Origin: Burkholderiales bacterium
Lineage (GTDB): Bacteria; Pseudomonadota; Gammaproteobacteria; Burkholderiales; JACQAP01
Direction of reading: 5' to 3'
Assembly: GCA_045810225.1 (NCBI GenBank)
Contig: JBJMWI010000087.1
Span: 7,283-71,282 of the forward strand
Length of the DNA: 64,000 nt
Under the pieces are notes generated by a model. It saw only the letters and a program-made list of their open reading frames with translations. It was not told the origin of the DNA and did not search any database. Position numbers and translations under genes: made by a program. Of the stretch, positions 25,750 through 34,810 are shown one piece after another (within the stretch, counting starts at the first letter, position 1; each line of letters starts with the position of its first letter).

Positions 25750-26505
25750 ATGCGGCTTAACCGGAAAATTGCAATTGTGACTGGCGGTGGATCTGGCTTT
25801 GGAGAAGGGATCGCCCGAAGATTTGCGGAAGAGGGGTGCAAGGTCATCGTCAACGACCTGAAAGCCGAGGGAGGTGAGCGGGTTGCGAAAGCCCTCGTCT
25901 CGGAAGGCGGACAGGCGAAGTTCGTCCAGGGGGACGTGTCTAAAGCGGCCGATTGGGACAGGTTACTGAAAGCAACGCTGGACGCTTATGGCAAGCTGGA
26001 TATCGTGGTTAACAATGCCGGCACAACGCACCGCAATCAGCCTTTGCTGGACGTGACGGAGGAACAGTTCGATCGCGTCTATTCGGTCAATGTCAAAAGC
26101 CTGTTCCATGGGGCTCGCGCGGTCGTGCCCTACTTCCGCAAAAGCGGTGGCGGTGTGTTGATTACTATTGCTTCGACAGCGGGGGTGCGACCACGGCCCG
26201 GGTTGGTTTGGTACAACGGTAGTAAAGGAGCCGCAATTGTGATCAGCCGTGCTATGGCTGTTGAACTAGCACCGGACAAGATCCGCGTAAACGTGGTTAA
26301 TCCGGTGGCCGGCGATACTCCTCTATTGGCGGAATTCATGGGCTCGGACACGCCCGAAATTCGGGCAAAGTTTATTGCCAGCATTCCATTGGGACGTTTC
26401 AGCAAGCCCATCGATATTGCCAATGCTTGCCTTTATCTAGCGTCGGACGAGGCAGATTTTATTACCGGCGCGTGCATCGAAGTCGATGGTGGGCGTTGCG
26501 TATGA
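25750..26505 (+). CDS. short-chain dehydrogenase/reductase (SDR)
   Basis: 'VTGGGSGFGEG' (TGxxxGxG), 'NNAG', and the catalytic 'YNGSK' (YxxxK). Confidence 0.85.
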   Translation: MRLNRKIAIVTGGGSGFGEGIARRFAEEGCKVIVNDLKAEGGERVAKALVSEGGQAKFVQGDVSKAADWDRLLKATLDAYGKLDIVVNNAGTTHRNQPLLDVTEEQFDRVYSVNVKSLFHGARAVVPYFRKSGGGVLITIASTAGVRPRPGLVWYNGSKGAAIVISRAMAVELAPDKIRVNVVNPVAGDTPLLAEFMGSDTPEIRAKFIASIPLGRFSKPIDIANACLYLASDEADFITGACIEVDGGRCV

Positions 26506-26564
26506 TCGGTCGCGGGCGGCCTGGCAGTTGCTGTTGGATCTGCGCCGTAGCGAATGGAACAGTG

Positions 26565-27755
26565 CTAGCCAGTAAATGCCTGTAGCCCGGTCTGTGCGCG
26601 ACCCAGGATCAACGCGTGCACATCGTGGGTGCCTTCATAGGTGTTCACCGCTTCCAGATTCATCACATGGCGCATCACGTGGTATTCGTCGGAGACCCCA
26701 TTGCCACCGTGCATGTCGCGCGCAGTTCTCGCAATATCCAACGATTTGCCGCAAGAGTTGCGTTTGATCAACGACACCATTTCAGGGGAAGCTCGGTCTT
26801 CATCCATCAGTCGGCCTACCCTTAGAGCCGTTTGCAGACCAAGCGCTATTTCGGTTTGCATGTCCGCTAGCTTTTTCTGTATCAGTTGGTTGGCAGCCAG
26901 CGGCCTGCCGAACTGTTTTCTTTCGAGCGTGTAACTACGTGCAGCGTGCCAGCAGAATTCCGCAGCGCCTAGCGCTCCCCACGCAATTCCATAACGGGCC
27001 TTGTTAAGGCACCCGAACGGGCCTTTGAGTCCTTCCACTTTGGGCAGGAGGTTTTCATCCGGGACAAACACATCATCCATGACGATCTCCCCGGTGATTG
27101 AAAGGCGCAAGCTCAATTTGCCTTCAATTTTTGGCGTGGTAAGGCCTTTCATTCCTCGCTCAAGAATAAAACCGCGGATCAAAGCGTGATCATCTTTCGC
27201 CCATACCACCAACACGTCTGCAACCGGGGAATTGGTAATCCACATCTTCGCCCCTTTAAGCACGAAGCCGCCATCCACCTTGCGTGCACGGCTGACCATG
27301 CTCCCTGCGTCGGATCCGAAGTCTGGTTCAGTGAGGCCAAATGCTCCGATAAATTCGCCCGATGCCAGTTTGGGGAGATATTTCTGCCGCTGACGTTCGG
27401 AGCCATAACTGTAGATCGGGTACATCGTGAGACTTGATTGCACACTCATCATGGAGCGATACCCGGAATCCACCCGTTCAATCTCCCGGGCGATCAACCC
27501 GTATGAGACGTGGTTCACGCCAGCGCAGCCATAACCGTCCAACGTTGAACCGAGAAAGCCAAGGGCTCCCATTTCGGTAAAGACTTCCCTGTCGAAACGC
27601 TCTTGCCTGTGTGCCAATACCACGCGGGGCATGAGCTTTTCCTGGCAGTACACGCGGGCAGATTCGCGAACCATGCGTTCGTCATCATTCAACTGCTCTT
27701 CCAAGAGCAAGGGATCCTCCCATTGGAAGCTTGAGCGGGTGAGGGGCGCATTCAT
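26565..27755 (-). CDS. gcdH: glutaryl-CoA dehydrogenase
   Basis: The 396-aa ORF includes '[25 protein letters not shown]' and '[14 protein letters not shown]'. It is colinear with GcdH as I recall it. Confidence 0.88.
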   Translation of the reverse strand: MNAPLTRSSFQWEDPLLLEEQLNDDERMVRESARVYCQEKLMPRVVLAHRQERFDREVFTEMGALGFLGSTLDGYGCAGVNHVSYGLIAREIERVDSGYRSMMSVQSSLTMYPIYSYGSERQRQKYLPKLASGEFIGAFGLTEPDFGSDAGSMVSRARKVDGGFVLKGAKMWITNSPVADVLVVWAKDDHALIRGFILERGMKGLTTPKIEGKLSLRLSITGEIVMDDVFVPDENLLPKVEGLKGPFGCLNKARYGIAWGALGAAEFCWHAARSYTLERKQFGRPLAANQLIQKKLADMQTEIALGLQTALRVGRLMDEDRASPEMVSLIKRNSCGKSLDIARTARDMHGGNGVSDEYHVMRHVMNLEAVNTYEGTHDVHALILGRAQTGLQAFTG

Positions 27756-27876
27756 GCATTTCTCCTGATTTCGAGCGGAAAGCCGGCCGCGAAGTATTCT
27801 ATGTCATGGCAACGCAAGTTCAGGAGTTCGTTTGCGGCAGTACCGCAGACGGCAGACTCAGCTTATAGGCTGGGAC

Positions 27877-28119
27877 CTATTTTTTCTTTCTTGCGCAGAT
27901 ATCAAAGCCATCGCGCCAGCCTAAGGCGTATTGTGAATCATGCTTGAACCGGTCCTCGTCCCGGATTTGACCACCGGTTCTATTGCTGCTTGCGCATCCA
28001 TCCCCATAGCCGGTTCGAAAGGCCGGAGAATAACCGGCGAGATTGACTGCGACTTCCTTTTTGGGCGGTGCGCATGCGGCAAGTATCAGTGCTGCCACAA
28101 ATATCAAAGTTTGTTTCAT
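27877..28119 (-). CDS. small lipoprotein of unknown function
   Basis: The start at the internal Met gives 'MKQTLIFVAALILAAC' (lipobox LAAC). A motif repeats in the mature part: 'GYGDGC' and 'GWRDGFDIC'. The protein is 80 aa. Confidence 0.6.
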   Translation of the reverse strand: MKQTLIFVAALILAACAPPKKEVAVNLAGYSPAFRTGYGDGCASSNRTGGQIRDEDRFKHDSQYALGWRDGFDICARKKK

Positions 28120-28236
28120 GGTGGGAAGAATCAATAGCAGTCTCTAATGCTGCAGGAAGGTCTAGAGGCCGTGGGACAATGCATTACACGCAGAATTCCA
28201 CCCGCGGGGCCTGGCTACGTTTTGCAGGATAGCCCA

Positions 28237-28271
28237 TAAAAAAACGCCCGATAAGGGAGGAAATCGGGCGT
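28237..28271 (-). terminator. rho-independent terminator after the 191-aa membrane protein gene
   Basis: On the minus strand: ACGCCCGA-N12-TCGGGCGT followed by TTTTTTTAT. Confidence 0.65.
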
Positions 28272-28351
28272 TAACACGCAGAAAACTGGGAAATTACCTT
28301 GTCTATCAATCTAAGCGCGGCGAGTCCTCATGCGGATTTTTTGTATGCTTA

Positions 28352-28927
28352 TCAACCAATGCGGATTACCGACCCGTTCACCAGCTTGATTCTTTCACCA
28401 ATGCTGAAAGAAGGCCGCTCAGGTTCGTAAATCGTACGAACTGTACCGTTCTCCATATGGACCGTTACAACGAAACCTGCTCCATCGCTGGTACCTTGAT
28501 CGTAGCCGGACTGACCTCCAACCTTCAGGATGGTCGCCCCTTCGCTGGCGCGATTTTGCGAGCGATTAAACCCAGTGTCGGCCGGTCGCGCCTGACCGGG
28601 TTTGATGGAATCAACAACGCCGCAATCCGGGCAAACCGTCTTGCGAGACGGTACACGTGCTCCGAACTTGTAATTGACGGGTTTGCCGTCGGCCAGTGTC
28701 TCGCCCCGATGGCGAGTCAATCCCTGATGACCGGTCGCTGCAACGACGGGCGCTTGAATCAGGCCGCTGGCTGCGGAATTGCTGAAACTGGAGAAAGGAT
28801 TCAGACTGGAGCGGGTGATGGAAAGGTGACCGGTAATAGCGGCGACGCCGATTCCACTAAAAGCCAGAACAGAGATGGTAGCCGCCACGAGCAACGGGGT
28901 GAGCGCAGGGTTTTCAGTTTTAATCAT
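28352..28927 (-). CDS. single-pass membrane protein of unknown function (CxxCG motif plus conserved-looking C-terminal beta domain)
   Basis: N-terminal TM segment 'LTPLLVAATISVLAFSGIGVAAI', then 'VCPDCGVVDSIKP', then C-terminal 'VVTVHMENGTVRTIYEPERPSFSIGERIKLVNGSVIR'. It resembles the betaproteobacterial CxxCG/glycine-zipper envelope proteins but lacks the glycine zipper. A sigma-54 promoter lies upstream and a terminator downstream. Confidence 0.65.
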   Translation of the reverse strand: MIKTENPALTPLLVAATISVLAFSGIGVAAITGHLSITRSSLNPFSSFSNSAASGLIQAPVVAATGHQGLTRHRGETLADGKPVNYKFGARVPSRKTVCPDCGVVDSIKPGQARPADTGFNRSQNRASEGATILKVGGQSGYDQGTSDGAGFVVTVHMENGTVRTIYEPERPSFSIGERIKLVNGSVIRIG

Positions 28928-28990
28928 GGTGTCGCTGTTTTACCTGGTCCCTACAGTATCGGCGGGTAAACACTACAGTTAATAACGTAT

Positions 28991-29007
28991 AAGCAGTTGT
29001 CGTGCCA
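28991..29007 (-). promoter_or_regulatory. sigma-54 (-24/-12) promoter
   Basis: The minus strand reads TGGCACGACAACTGCTT, with GG-N10-GC spacing and a 6/6 match at -24. It is intergenic, 64 nt upstream of the ATG at 28927 and 137 nt downstream of the glrR-like stop. Confidence 0.55.
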
Positions 29008-29061
29008 AAATGGCGCCCCTCGTAAAAACAAGCGGTTAAGGAAAATAGCGACGGGCATTCA

Positions 29062-29088
29062 GACGACGTACGTCGTCATATAGAGACA
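29062..29088. promoter_or_regulatory. candidate enhancer (UAS): 16-bp perfect palindrome overlapping a CGTC-N10-GACA element
   Basis: GACGACGTACGTCGTC lies at 29062-29077, and CGTC-gtcatataga-GACA at 29071-29088. The second is one mismatch from the TGTC-N10-GACA GlrR site as I recall it from E. coli. The elements lie ~55-80 bp upstream of the -24 element. Confidence 0.35.
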
Positions 29089-29143
29089 AGGCCTGAGCTT
29101 GCTAAGTACTTTACTGAGAGCCCGTTTCGGCTCCTCAGCTTGG

Positions 29144-30496
29144 CTATGCAGCCTTGAACAGCTTGGGGTCCAGATGATGGCGCTGCAGCAATTTATAGAA
29201 TTCGGTGCGATTCCGTTTGGCGAGCTTCGCTGCCTGCGTCACGTTTCCACCTGTTATTTTGAGGAGTTTGGCTAAATAATCCCGCTCGAATTCACTTCGA
29301 GCGGACTCGAATGACGACAGTTCCGCGATCTGTCCGCGCATTGCGCTGTCAACCAAGGCGGGCGTGATTATCGGTGTGGTTGAGAGTGCCACGGCTTGTT
29401 CGACGACGTTATATAACTCACGGACGTTCCCCGGCCAAGCCGATTTAACAAGGATTTCCATCGCTTCGGACGCAAAGCCATTAAGCGTTTTCTTGTAGCG
29501 GTTGGCGAGCTGGTGAAGGAAATGTGTAGCGAGGACCGGGATATCCTCGCGCCGTTCGCATAAAGCGGGCAGGGCGAATGAGACGACGTTCAAGCGGTAA
29601 TAAAGATCCTCACGAAATATTCCGCCCTTGATAGCCTCCTCCAGGTTGCGATGCGTGGCAGAGATTATGCGCACATCCACCGGAATGGTTTGGGTAGTTC
29701 CGATCGGCCGGATTTCCCTGTCCTGCAGAACACGCAGCAGCTTGACTTGCAGGGGTAATGGCATGTCCCCAATCTCATCCAGAAACACAGTTCCGCCTTC
29801 TGCAGACTGAAACAACCCTTTGTAGTCGCGCGCTGCACCGGTAAACGAGCCTTTCATATGCCCAAACAATTCTGATTCCAGCAACTGCTCTGGAATCGCT
29901 CCGCAATTTATGGCCACAAAGGGTTTGTCGGCGCGCGAGCTGGCCTTGTGTATTGCCCGGGCCAATAATTCCTTTCCTGTACCGCTCTCTCCTCGAACCA
30001 TTACGCTGGCGTCGCTTGCCGCCACCAATTTTGCTTTACCGAGAATGCTTTCCACGGCGAGACTACGAGTGATGATTTCGACGCGCCAATCTGCTTCCCC
30101 GTTCACTCGTTCATTCCGGCCGCCGCTGACTGCAACAGCTTTTTCTACCTGTTGCAGCAAATCCTTGCTATCAAAAGGTTTGGTCAGATAGCCGAACACG
30201 CCGCGCTGGGTTGCGGCCACTGCTTCCGGAATGGTCCCGTGCGCGGTCAAGATAATCACCGGCAGTGTGGGATTGCTTTTATGGATGTTTTCAAAAAGCG
30301 CCATGCCATCCATGCCGCTCATCCGCAGGTCAGTAATTACCAGCTGGGGTATGGCCACTGAGAATCGGGCAAGCGCCCTCTCAGCACTATCAGCACTTTC
30401 CACAGTGTAGTCGGCACCTTCAAGCCTGAACGTCAGAAGGCGCAAAAGATCGGGGTCGTCATCGACAATAAGAATACGGGCCTTTGACATTGTCAT
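29144..30496 (-). CDS. glrR: sigma-54-dependent response regulator, GlrR/QseF-like
   Basis: Receiver domain 'ILIVDDDPDLL...ITDLRMSGMDG', AAA+ domain 'GESGTGKE', 'GSFTGA', 'ESELFGH', and HTH 'AAKLAKRNRTEFYKLL'. It is near-colinear with E. coli GlrR as I recall it. Confidence 0.85.
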   Translation of the reverse strand: MTMSKARILIVDDDPDLLRLLTFRLEGADYTVESADSAERALARFSVAIPQLVITDLRMSGMDGMALFENIHKSNPTLPVIILTAHGTIPEAVAATQRGVFGYLTKPFDSKDLLQQVEKAVAVSGGRNERVNGEADWRVEIITRSLAVESILGKAKLVAASDASVMVRGESGTGKELLARAIHKASSRADKPFVAINCGAIPEQLLESELFGHMKGSFTGAARDYKGLFQSAEGGTVFLDEIGDMPLPLQVKLLRVLQDREIRPIGTTQTIPVDVRIISATHRNLEEAIKGGIFREDLYYRLNVVSFALPALCERREDIPVLATHFLHQLANRYKKTLNGFASEAMEILVKSAWPGNVRELYNVVEQAVALSTTPIITPALVDSAMRGQIAELSSFESARSEFERDYLAKLLKITGGNVTQAAKLAKRNRTEFYKLLQRHHLDPKLFKAA

Positions 30497-31083
30497 TTTT
30501 TCTTTGGAATACTCTGTTCTCGTTCTATCATTTTCATTTCCATTTCAAGAATTGCATCAAGCTTCTGTTGCAGGGCTTCTGCTTTCTGTTGCGACATTTC
30601 GGTTTTTTGCTGCAACGCTTCTGCGCGACGCTGCTCCTCTTTGAATTTTAATGCTTGTTGTTGCGATACCTCTTCAGCGCGCCGCAGCTCGACCAGTCCG
30701 GAATTAAGCCAGATCGCCAGCGGACGCAAGGACGAGCCCTCTTGCCCCTTGTCCTTGATAAAGGGACCAAGCAATGCAATCGCGGCGTTGTCATCGCGGA
30801 AACTAGCGCCTGGATAGGAAAGCAGCAACGCGAGTTGCATGCGGTTAAATTGTGATTTGTCGATCTCGAAAGCCTCACGGACTATTTCCAATTCGTGCGG
30901 CAATTCACTTGGCTTCATGAGGGTAAGGCGATCATAGAATTTCAGTATACGGTCTGCGTCGCTGTGCGCGGGTTCAACGACCGAACGATACCAGGGGGCA
31001 TCGGACCGCGTGGTTCTGCTGTCGACTGGCGCACAGCCGGCGATTATCGCGACCAATACAAGGCCGCCCGTCCGCCACATCAC
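30493..31083 (-). CDS. qseG: QseG-like lipoprotein (two-component-system accessory)
   Basis: Lipobox 'VAIIAGC'. The C-terminal Q/E/K-rich coiled coil has repeated 'AEALQQK' and ends '...MIEREQSIPKKK'. The gene sits between the kinase and the regulator with 4-nt overlaps on both sides, as qseG does in enterics. Confidence 0.6.
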   Translation of the reverse strand: MMWRTGGLVLVAIIAGCAPVDSRTTRSDAPWYRSVVEPAHSDADRILKFYDRLTLMKPSELPHELEIVREAFEIDKSQFNRMQLALLLSYPGASFRDDNAAIALLGPFIKDKGQEGSSLRPLAIWLNSGLVELRRAEEVSQQQALKFKEEQRRAEALQQKTEMSQQKAEALQQKLDAILEMEMKMIEREQSIPKKK

Positions 31084-32525
31084 GCTGCTACCTCAACCTG
31101 GCGTGATGGCAGTATGACGCGCAAGTGAGCGCCCGGATTTCCATCGACAATGATTTCCACACTGCCATGATGCGCGCTTACATATTCTTTGACGATAGCC
31201 AGTCCTAGCCCTGTCCCTTTCACAGGTCCGGTATATTCAGACCCGCCTTGATAAAAAGCTTCGAATACCCGGTCCCGGTCTTGAGGAAGGATACCAGGGC
31301 CCTGATCCATGACATCCATTACGACATCCAGTCCGCGCCTTCGCAGCTGAACGCTGACTGTTCCCCCTGCAGGAGAAAATTTAATGGCGTTAGAGAGCAG
31401 ATTATCCACGATTGCTTCCAACTTGTTTTCGTCTGCTTCCACGTCGAGCTCCGATGCGGCGAGATTTAGGCTCAGGTTTTTCGACCGCATTGCGAGGGAG
31501 TGTTGTTGTGCGACGCGAGCCGTAAGTCCTTTCAGGTTGAAATGCGAAAACGAGAGAGCGGCAGTGTGAAACTGTGCACTGTGGTAGCTGAGCAAGTCTT
31601 CAATGAGTTTTTGCAGCCGTAATGTGTTATGCCGCAAAATGCGCGCGATTTCAAATTGTCCGGCCGTCATTTTTCCGGTAACTTCATCTGAAAGTAGTTC
31701 AACTCCTTCGCGCAGCGCGGTAAGCGGGGTCTTGAGCTCATGTGATACATGACGCAGAAATCGCGATTTCTGCTCTTCCAGATCCAGCAGCCGCAGGCGC
31801 AACCAGTCGAGTTGCCGCCCGAGAGACTCGAGATCGGCAGGCCCACTGACTGCAATACGGGCGTCGAAACTCCCCTCTCCGAGACTCTGTATTGCGGATT
31901 CAAGCTGCGCGATCGGTTTGGAGATGAGCATGGTTGCCCCGATCACCAATAGCAACGCGATCGGAACTAGCGCCAGCAATTGCCAATAGATGAACCGTTG
32001 CACTTCGCCGGCCATTTTTTGCATGGTGTCAACTTCACGATCCACCAGAGAATTGCTTTGTTCATCTATCCGACGCGCAGCTTCCGATAGTGCGGCAAGT
32101 TCCGCTGCCGCAAGGTTCACGGTTTCGGATTTGGCACCTGATTTGCCGATGCGCTCGAATAAAGCCGTCTCCCGGCCTCTCAGCGCTTCCATGGCAAGCT
32201 TTTGCTTGTCGTCCAACGGGAGAGCGGTCATTTTACGAGCGGTGTCTGAGAATCGTTCGTGCGCCAAGCCATAGCCTTGCAGCAACGATGGGTCTCCGAT
32301 AATCGCAAACTGCCGAATGCTGCGCTCCATGCTCGTGATTTGCTCAATCAAAAAACGCGTGCTCTGTGTAGTCTGGACTGCCTGATAAACCGCGCGCTGG
32401 CTGTGGGTAGCTAGTTGGTGAATCGAATATGCGTTGTTGATTAAAGCGAATATCAACGGCAGAACCGCGAGCGAAAAGCCCGCGAGAATCAGCTTCAGAA
32501 ACGAGCGAGGATAGTAGAGCTGCAT
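31080..32525 (-). CDS. glrK: sensor histidine kinase, GlrK/QseE-like
   Basis: Two TM segments with a periplasmic loop, a HAMP domain, an H-box 'FLRHVSHELKTPLT', an N-box 'NLLSNAIKF' and a G-box 'GTGLGLAIV'. The protein is 481 aa. Confidence 0.8.
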   Translation of the reverse strand: MQLYYPRSFLKLILAGFSLAVLPLIFALINNAYSIHQLATHSQRAVYQAVQTTQSTRFLIEQITSMERSIRQFAIIGDPSLLQGYGLAHERFSDTARKMTALPLDDKQKLAMEALRGRETALFERIGKSGAKSETVNLAAAELAALSEAARRIDEQSNSLVDREVDTMQKMAGEVQRFIYWQLLALVPIALLLVIGATMLISKPIAQLESAIQSLGEGSFDARIAVSGPADLESLGRQLDWLRLRLLDLEEQKSRFLRHVSHELKTPLTALREGVELLSDEVTGKMTAGQFEIARILRHNTLRLQKLIEDLLSYHSAQFHTAALSFSHFNLKGLTARVAQQHSLAMRSKNLSLNLAASELDVEADENKLEAIVDNLLSNAIKFSPAGGTVSVQLRRRGLDVVMDVMDQGPGILPQDRDRVFEAFYQGGSEYTGPVKGTGLGLAIVKEYVSAHHGSVEIIVDGNPGAHLRVILPSRQVEVAA

Positions 32526-32675
32526 AAAAGAAACTCATTTCATGGTGCCGTAGCCGATTCCAGTGTCGATGCACCGGAATGGGCATAAGACTTCGTTTGA
32601 TGCCGGATCACAAACAACTATCGCATGTAACCGGAAACACCGCCACAGCCGCTATGCAATGGGTTTTTCGCTGTG

Positions 32676-33467
32676 TCAGCGCACCAGTTCAACCTCAACA
32701 CGGCCAAATTCAAAAAAATCGGCTGTAACAATATCACCAACCAGAACGGCGGCCGGAGTAACGCACGTCCCCGTGGTCACGGTTTCACCCTCACGCAGCA
32801 TGTCGCCGACTAGCGACAACTCGTTTGCGAGCCAAGTCAACGCGATGCGCGGGTCGCCAAGTACATTTTCCCCTGTGCCTTGTCTGGCAATCGTTCCGTT
32901 CACGTAGACCACGACCGGATGCTGTGCCAAGTCAAACATGCGCCAATCGCGCAGGGTAACGGCTGATCCGAGGACAAAATAGCAAGCGCACGCGTTATCT
33001 GCGATTAGCTGCGCTGCGCCAGCCGACTCGTAATGCCGATAGCGTGAGTCCGGAATTTCTATCGCAGGATGCATGGTCGCCACTGCCGCCAATACCTCTT
33101 CACGGGTGTAGGCGGTCTTGCGAGGCGGGAGATCTTTCCCGATGCCAAAACAGAATTCCGCTTCCGCCACTTTCATGACATTGTTATTCAACGGAACCTT
33201 CGCGCCCGTCGAAAAAACTCGCTTGTCCAGTAAACGCCCGGCGAGCGGACCGTCAACGCCGATATGTTTTTGCCCCGCCACACTGGTTGCGGCAATCTTC
33301 CAGCCGAAGACCTTCTGACCGGATAATTTCGCAATCTGGGCTTGAATTCGATAGCCGTCGGCGCGCGCTGACGGCCGGTACGCTATTGGCAAGGCGTCTA
33401 TGTGTTTGTTGTCCCGCCATGTCGCCCAAAGCGTCCTGGCAGCCGATTCGATCAGATGGTCTTCCAA
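32676..33467 (-). CDS. 2-keto-4-pentenoate hydratase / 2-oxohepta-3-ene-1,7-dioate hydratase family protein
   Basis: 'ADGYRIQAQIAKLSGQKVFGWKIAATS' and 'EAEFCFGIGKDL' fit the MhpD/HpcG-type FAH-fold hydratase pattern. Confidence 0.75.
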   Translation of the reverse strand: MEDHLIESAARTLWATWRDNKHIDALPIAYRPSARADGYRIQAQIAKLSGQKVFGWKIAATSVAGQKHIGVDGPLAGRLLDKRVFSTGAKVPLNNNVMKVAEAEFCFGIGKDLPPRKTAYTREEVLAAVATMHPAIEIPDSRYRHYESAGAAQLIADNACACYFVLGSAVTLRDWRMFDLAQHPVVVYVNGTIARQGTGENVLGDPRIALTWLANELSLVGDMLREGETVTTGTCVTPAAVLVGDIVTADFFEFGRVEVELVR

Positions 33468-33484
33468 TTTGTGCTCGTGCTGGA

Positions 33485-34582
33485 TTAGTGTCTGAGCGCC
33501 ACAGGCCTTACTACATTGACGAGTGGCTCACCGCGAGCAAGGAGGTCAAGATTTTGAGCGATCAAACGGCACCGTCTGGGCAATAGTGCATGTGTCCATC
33601 CGGAACCATGCGGTGTCATGATCACGTTTTCAAGTTCGCGGAAGGGCACGTTGGACGGGTCTCCGATTGCCTTACCATCTGCCGGATAGCGATACCAAGT
33701 GTCGATCGCCGCACCTCCTATCCGACGATCCCGGCACGCTTCATAAAGTGCTTTTTCATTGATGAGAGCGCCGCGCGCGACATTGACGATGAAGGCGGTA
33801 GATTTCATTTTTGCAATTCGCCGTTCATCAATCAGGTCGATCGTAGATGCATCAAGAGGCACTGCAAGCACAATGAAATCCGCTTCCCCCAGCAGGGTAT
33901 CCAATTCGTGCATTGAGCGTACCCCGTCCACAAAACTGTCACCGCTACCTGGTGTGCGGCTGCACGCCAAAACCCTCATGCCGAACGCTCTAGCGCGTTT
34001 AGCGACTTCGCGGCCGATGCGACCGTAGCCAACGATTAACAGGGTTTGTCCGTACAACTCCCCGTGGCGGGGACCGCTCAAATGGGACCCGTACCATTCG
34101 CCCCGCCTGATGGCTGCGTCCATGCGCGGTATTCCGATTACCCACTGCAGCATGGCCGAAAGAACGTACTCCGCGATCCCGATTTCATGTTCGAAAACAT
34201 TACACACGGCTGCTTGCGCTGGAACGGCCTCGAAAGAGATATCGTCAGTACCGGCGCCTGGTAACTGCAGCAGTTTTAACTTCGGTGCCGCAGGCATATC
34301 CTTCGGCCAGCTCATCGAAATCAGGGCGTCCGCATCCAATAGCTTATCTTCAAGTTCGTTACGATCGTCGTGGTTTGCGACATCAACCGTCCAGCTCGTC
34401 TTTAGATACTGGGGAATGAGCGCAAGGCGCCCGTCGTTATCAACTTTTTTGATCAGTAGCTTCAATATCAAGTACTCGCTAGAAACTCTGAGAATCGCAG
34501 AATTAGGGTCCAATTCTGTAAATCTTAAGGCTGCCTCTAATTCGGACAAAGCTAAATATACAAGTGAAGTACGATTGCGCAC
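33485..34582 (-). CDS. D-isomer-specific 2-hydroxyacid dehydrogenase
   Basis: NAD motif 'IVGYGRIGREVA', plus 'VNVARG' and 'TPHGSG'. The true start may be TTG at 34465 ('MKLLIKK...', 326 aa) rather than ATG at 34582. Confidence 0.8.
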   Translation of the reverse strand: MRNRTSLVYLALSELEAALRFTELDPNSAILRVSSEYLILKLLIKKVDNDGRLALIPQYLKTSWTVDVANHDDRNELEDKLLDADALISMSWPKDMPAAPKLKLLQLPGAGTDDISFEAVPAQAAVCNVFEHEIGIAEYVLSAMLQWVIGIPRMDAAIRRGEWYGSHLSGPRHGELYGQTLLIVGYGRIGREVAKRARAFGMRVLACSRTPGSGDSFVDGVRSMHELDTLLGEADFIVLAVPLDASTIDLIDERRIAKMKSTAFIVNVARGALINEKALYEACRDRRIGGAAIDTWYRYPADGKAIGDPSNVPFRELENVIMTPHGSGWTHALLPRRCRLIAQNLDLLARGEPLVNVVRPVALRH

Positions 34583-34810
34583 CGAAAATGAAGAGGATCA
34601 CTAAGCCGAATGGATGGCGCCGGGGTGACTCCAGGCACGTTGACCTGCAGTGTGCTGACCGCATAATTACGGAAGTCGCACGACTGCGCAAGATTCAAGC
34701 GGTCGAAAATAACACTTTCCCGAGAGCAATCCCCGGCACGCCGGAAAAATACTTGCATGCACGCGCGAAGGAAAATTAACTATGTTCATTACTGAGCGAG
34801 AATACCGGCT

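Noticed and set aside
32526-32675. 150-nt region upstream of the glrK-like gene, examined for a GlmY-like sRNA or sigma-54 promoter (the position of glmY in E. coli)
   Set aside because: On the minus strand I found no GG-N10-GC element in a good TGGCAC/TTGC context, no terminator, and no resemblance to GlmY as I recall it. It is most likely just the promoter region of the kinase operon.
34466-34582. 39-aa N-terminal extension of the 2-hydroxyacid dehydrogenase ORF
   Set aside because: I do not report it as a separate feature. The family normally begins at 'MKLLI...', which corresponds to TTG at 34465, but that TTG has no clear Shine-Dalgarno sequence and I cannot decide between the two starts from sequence alone.
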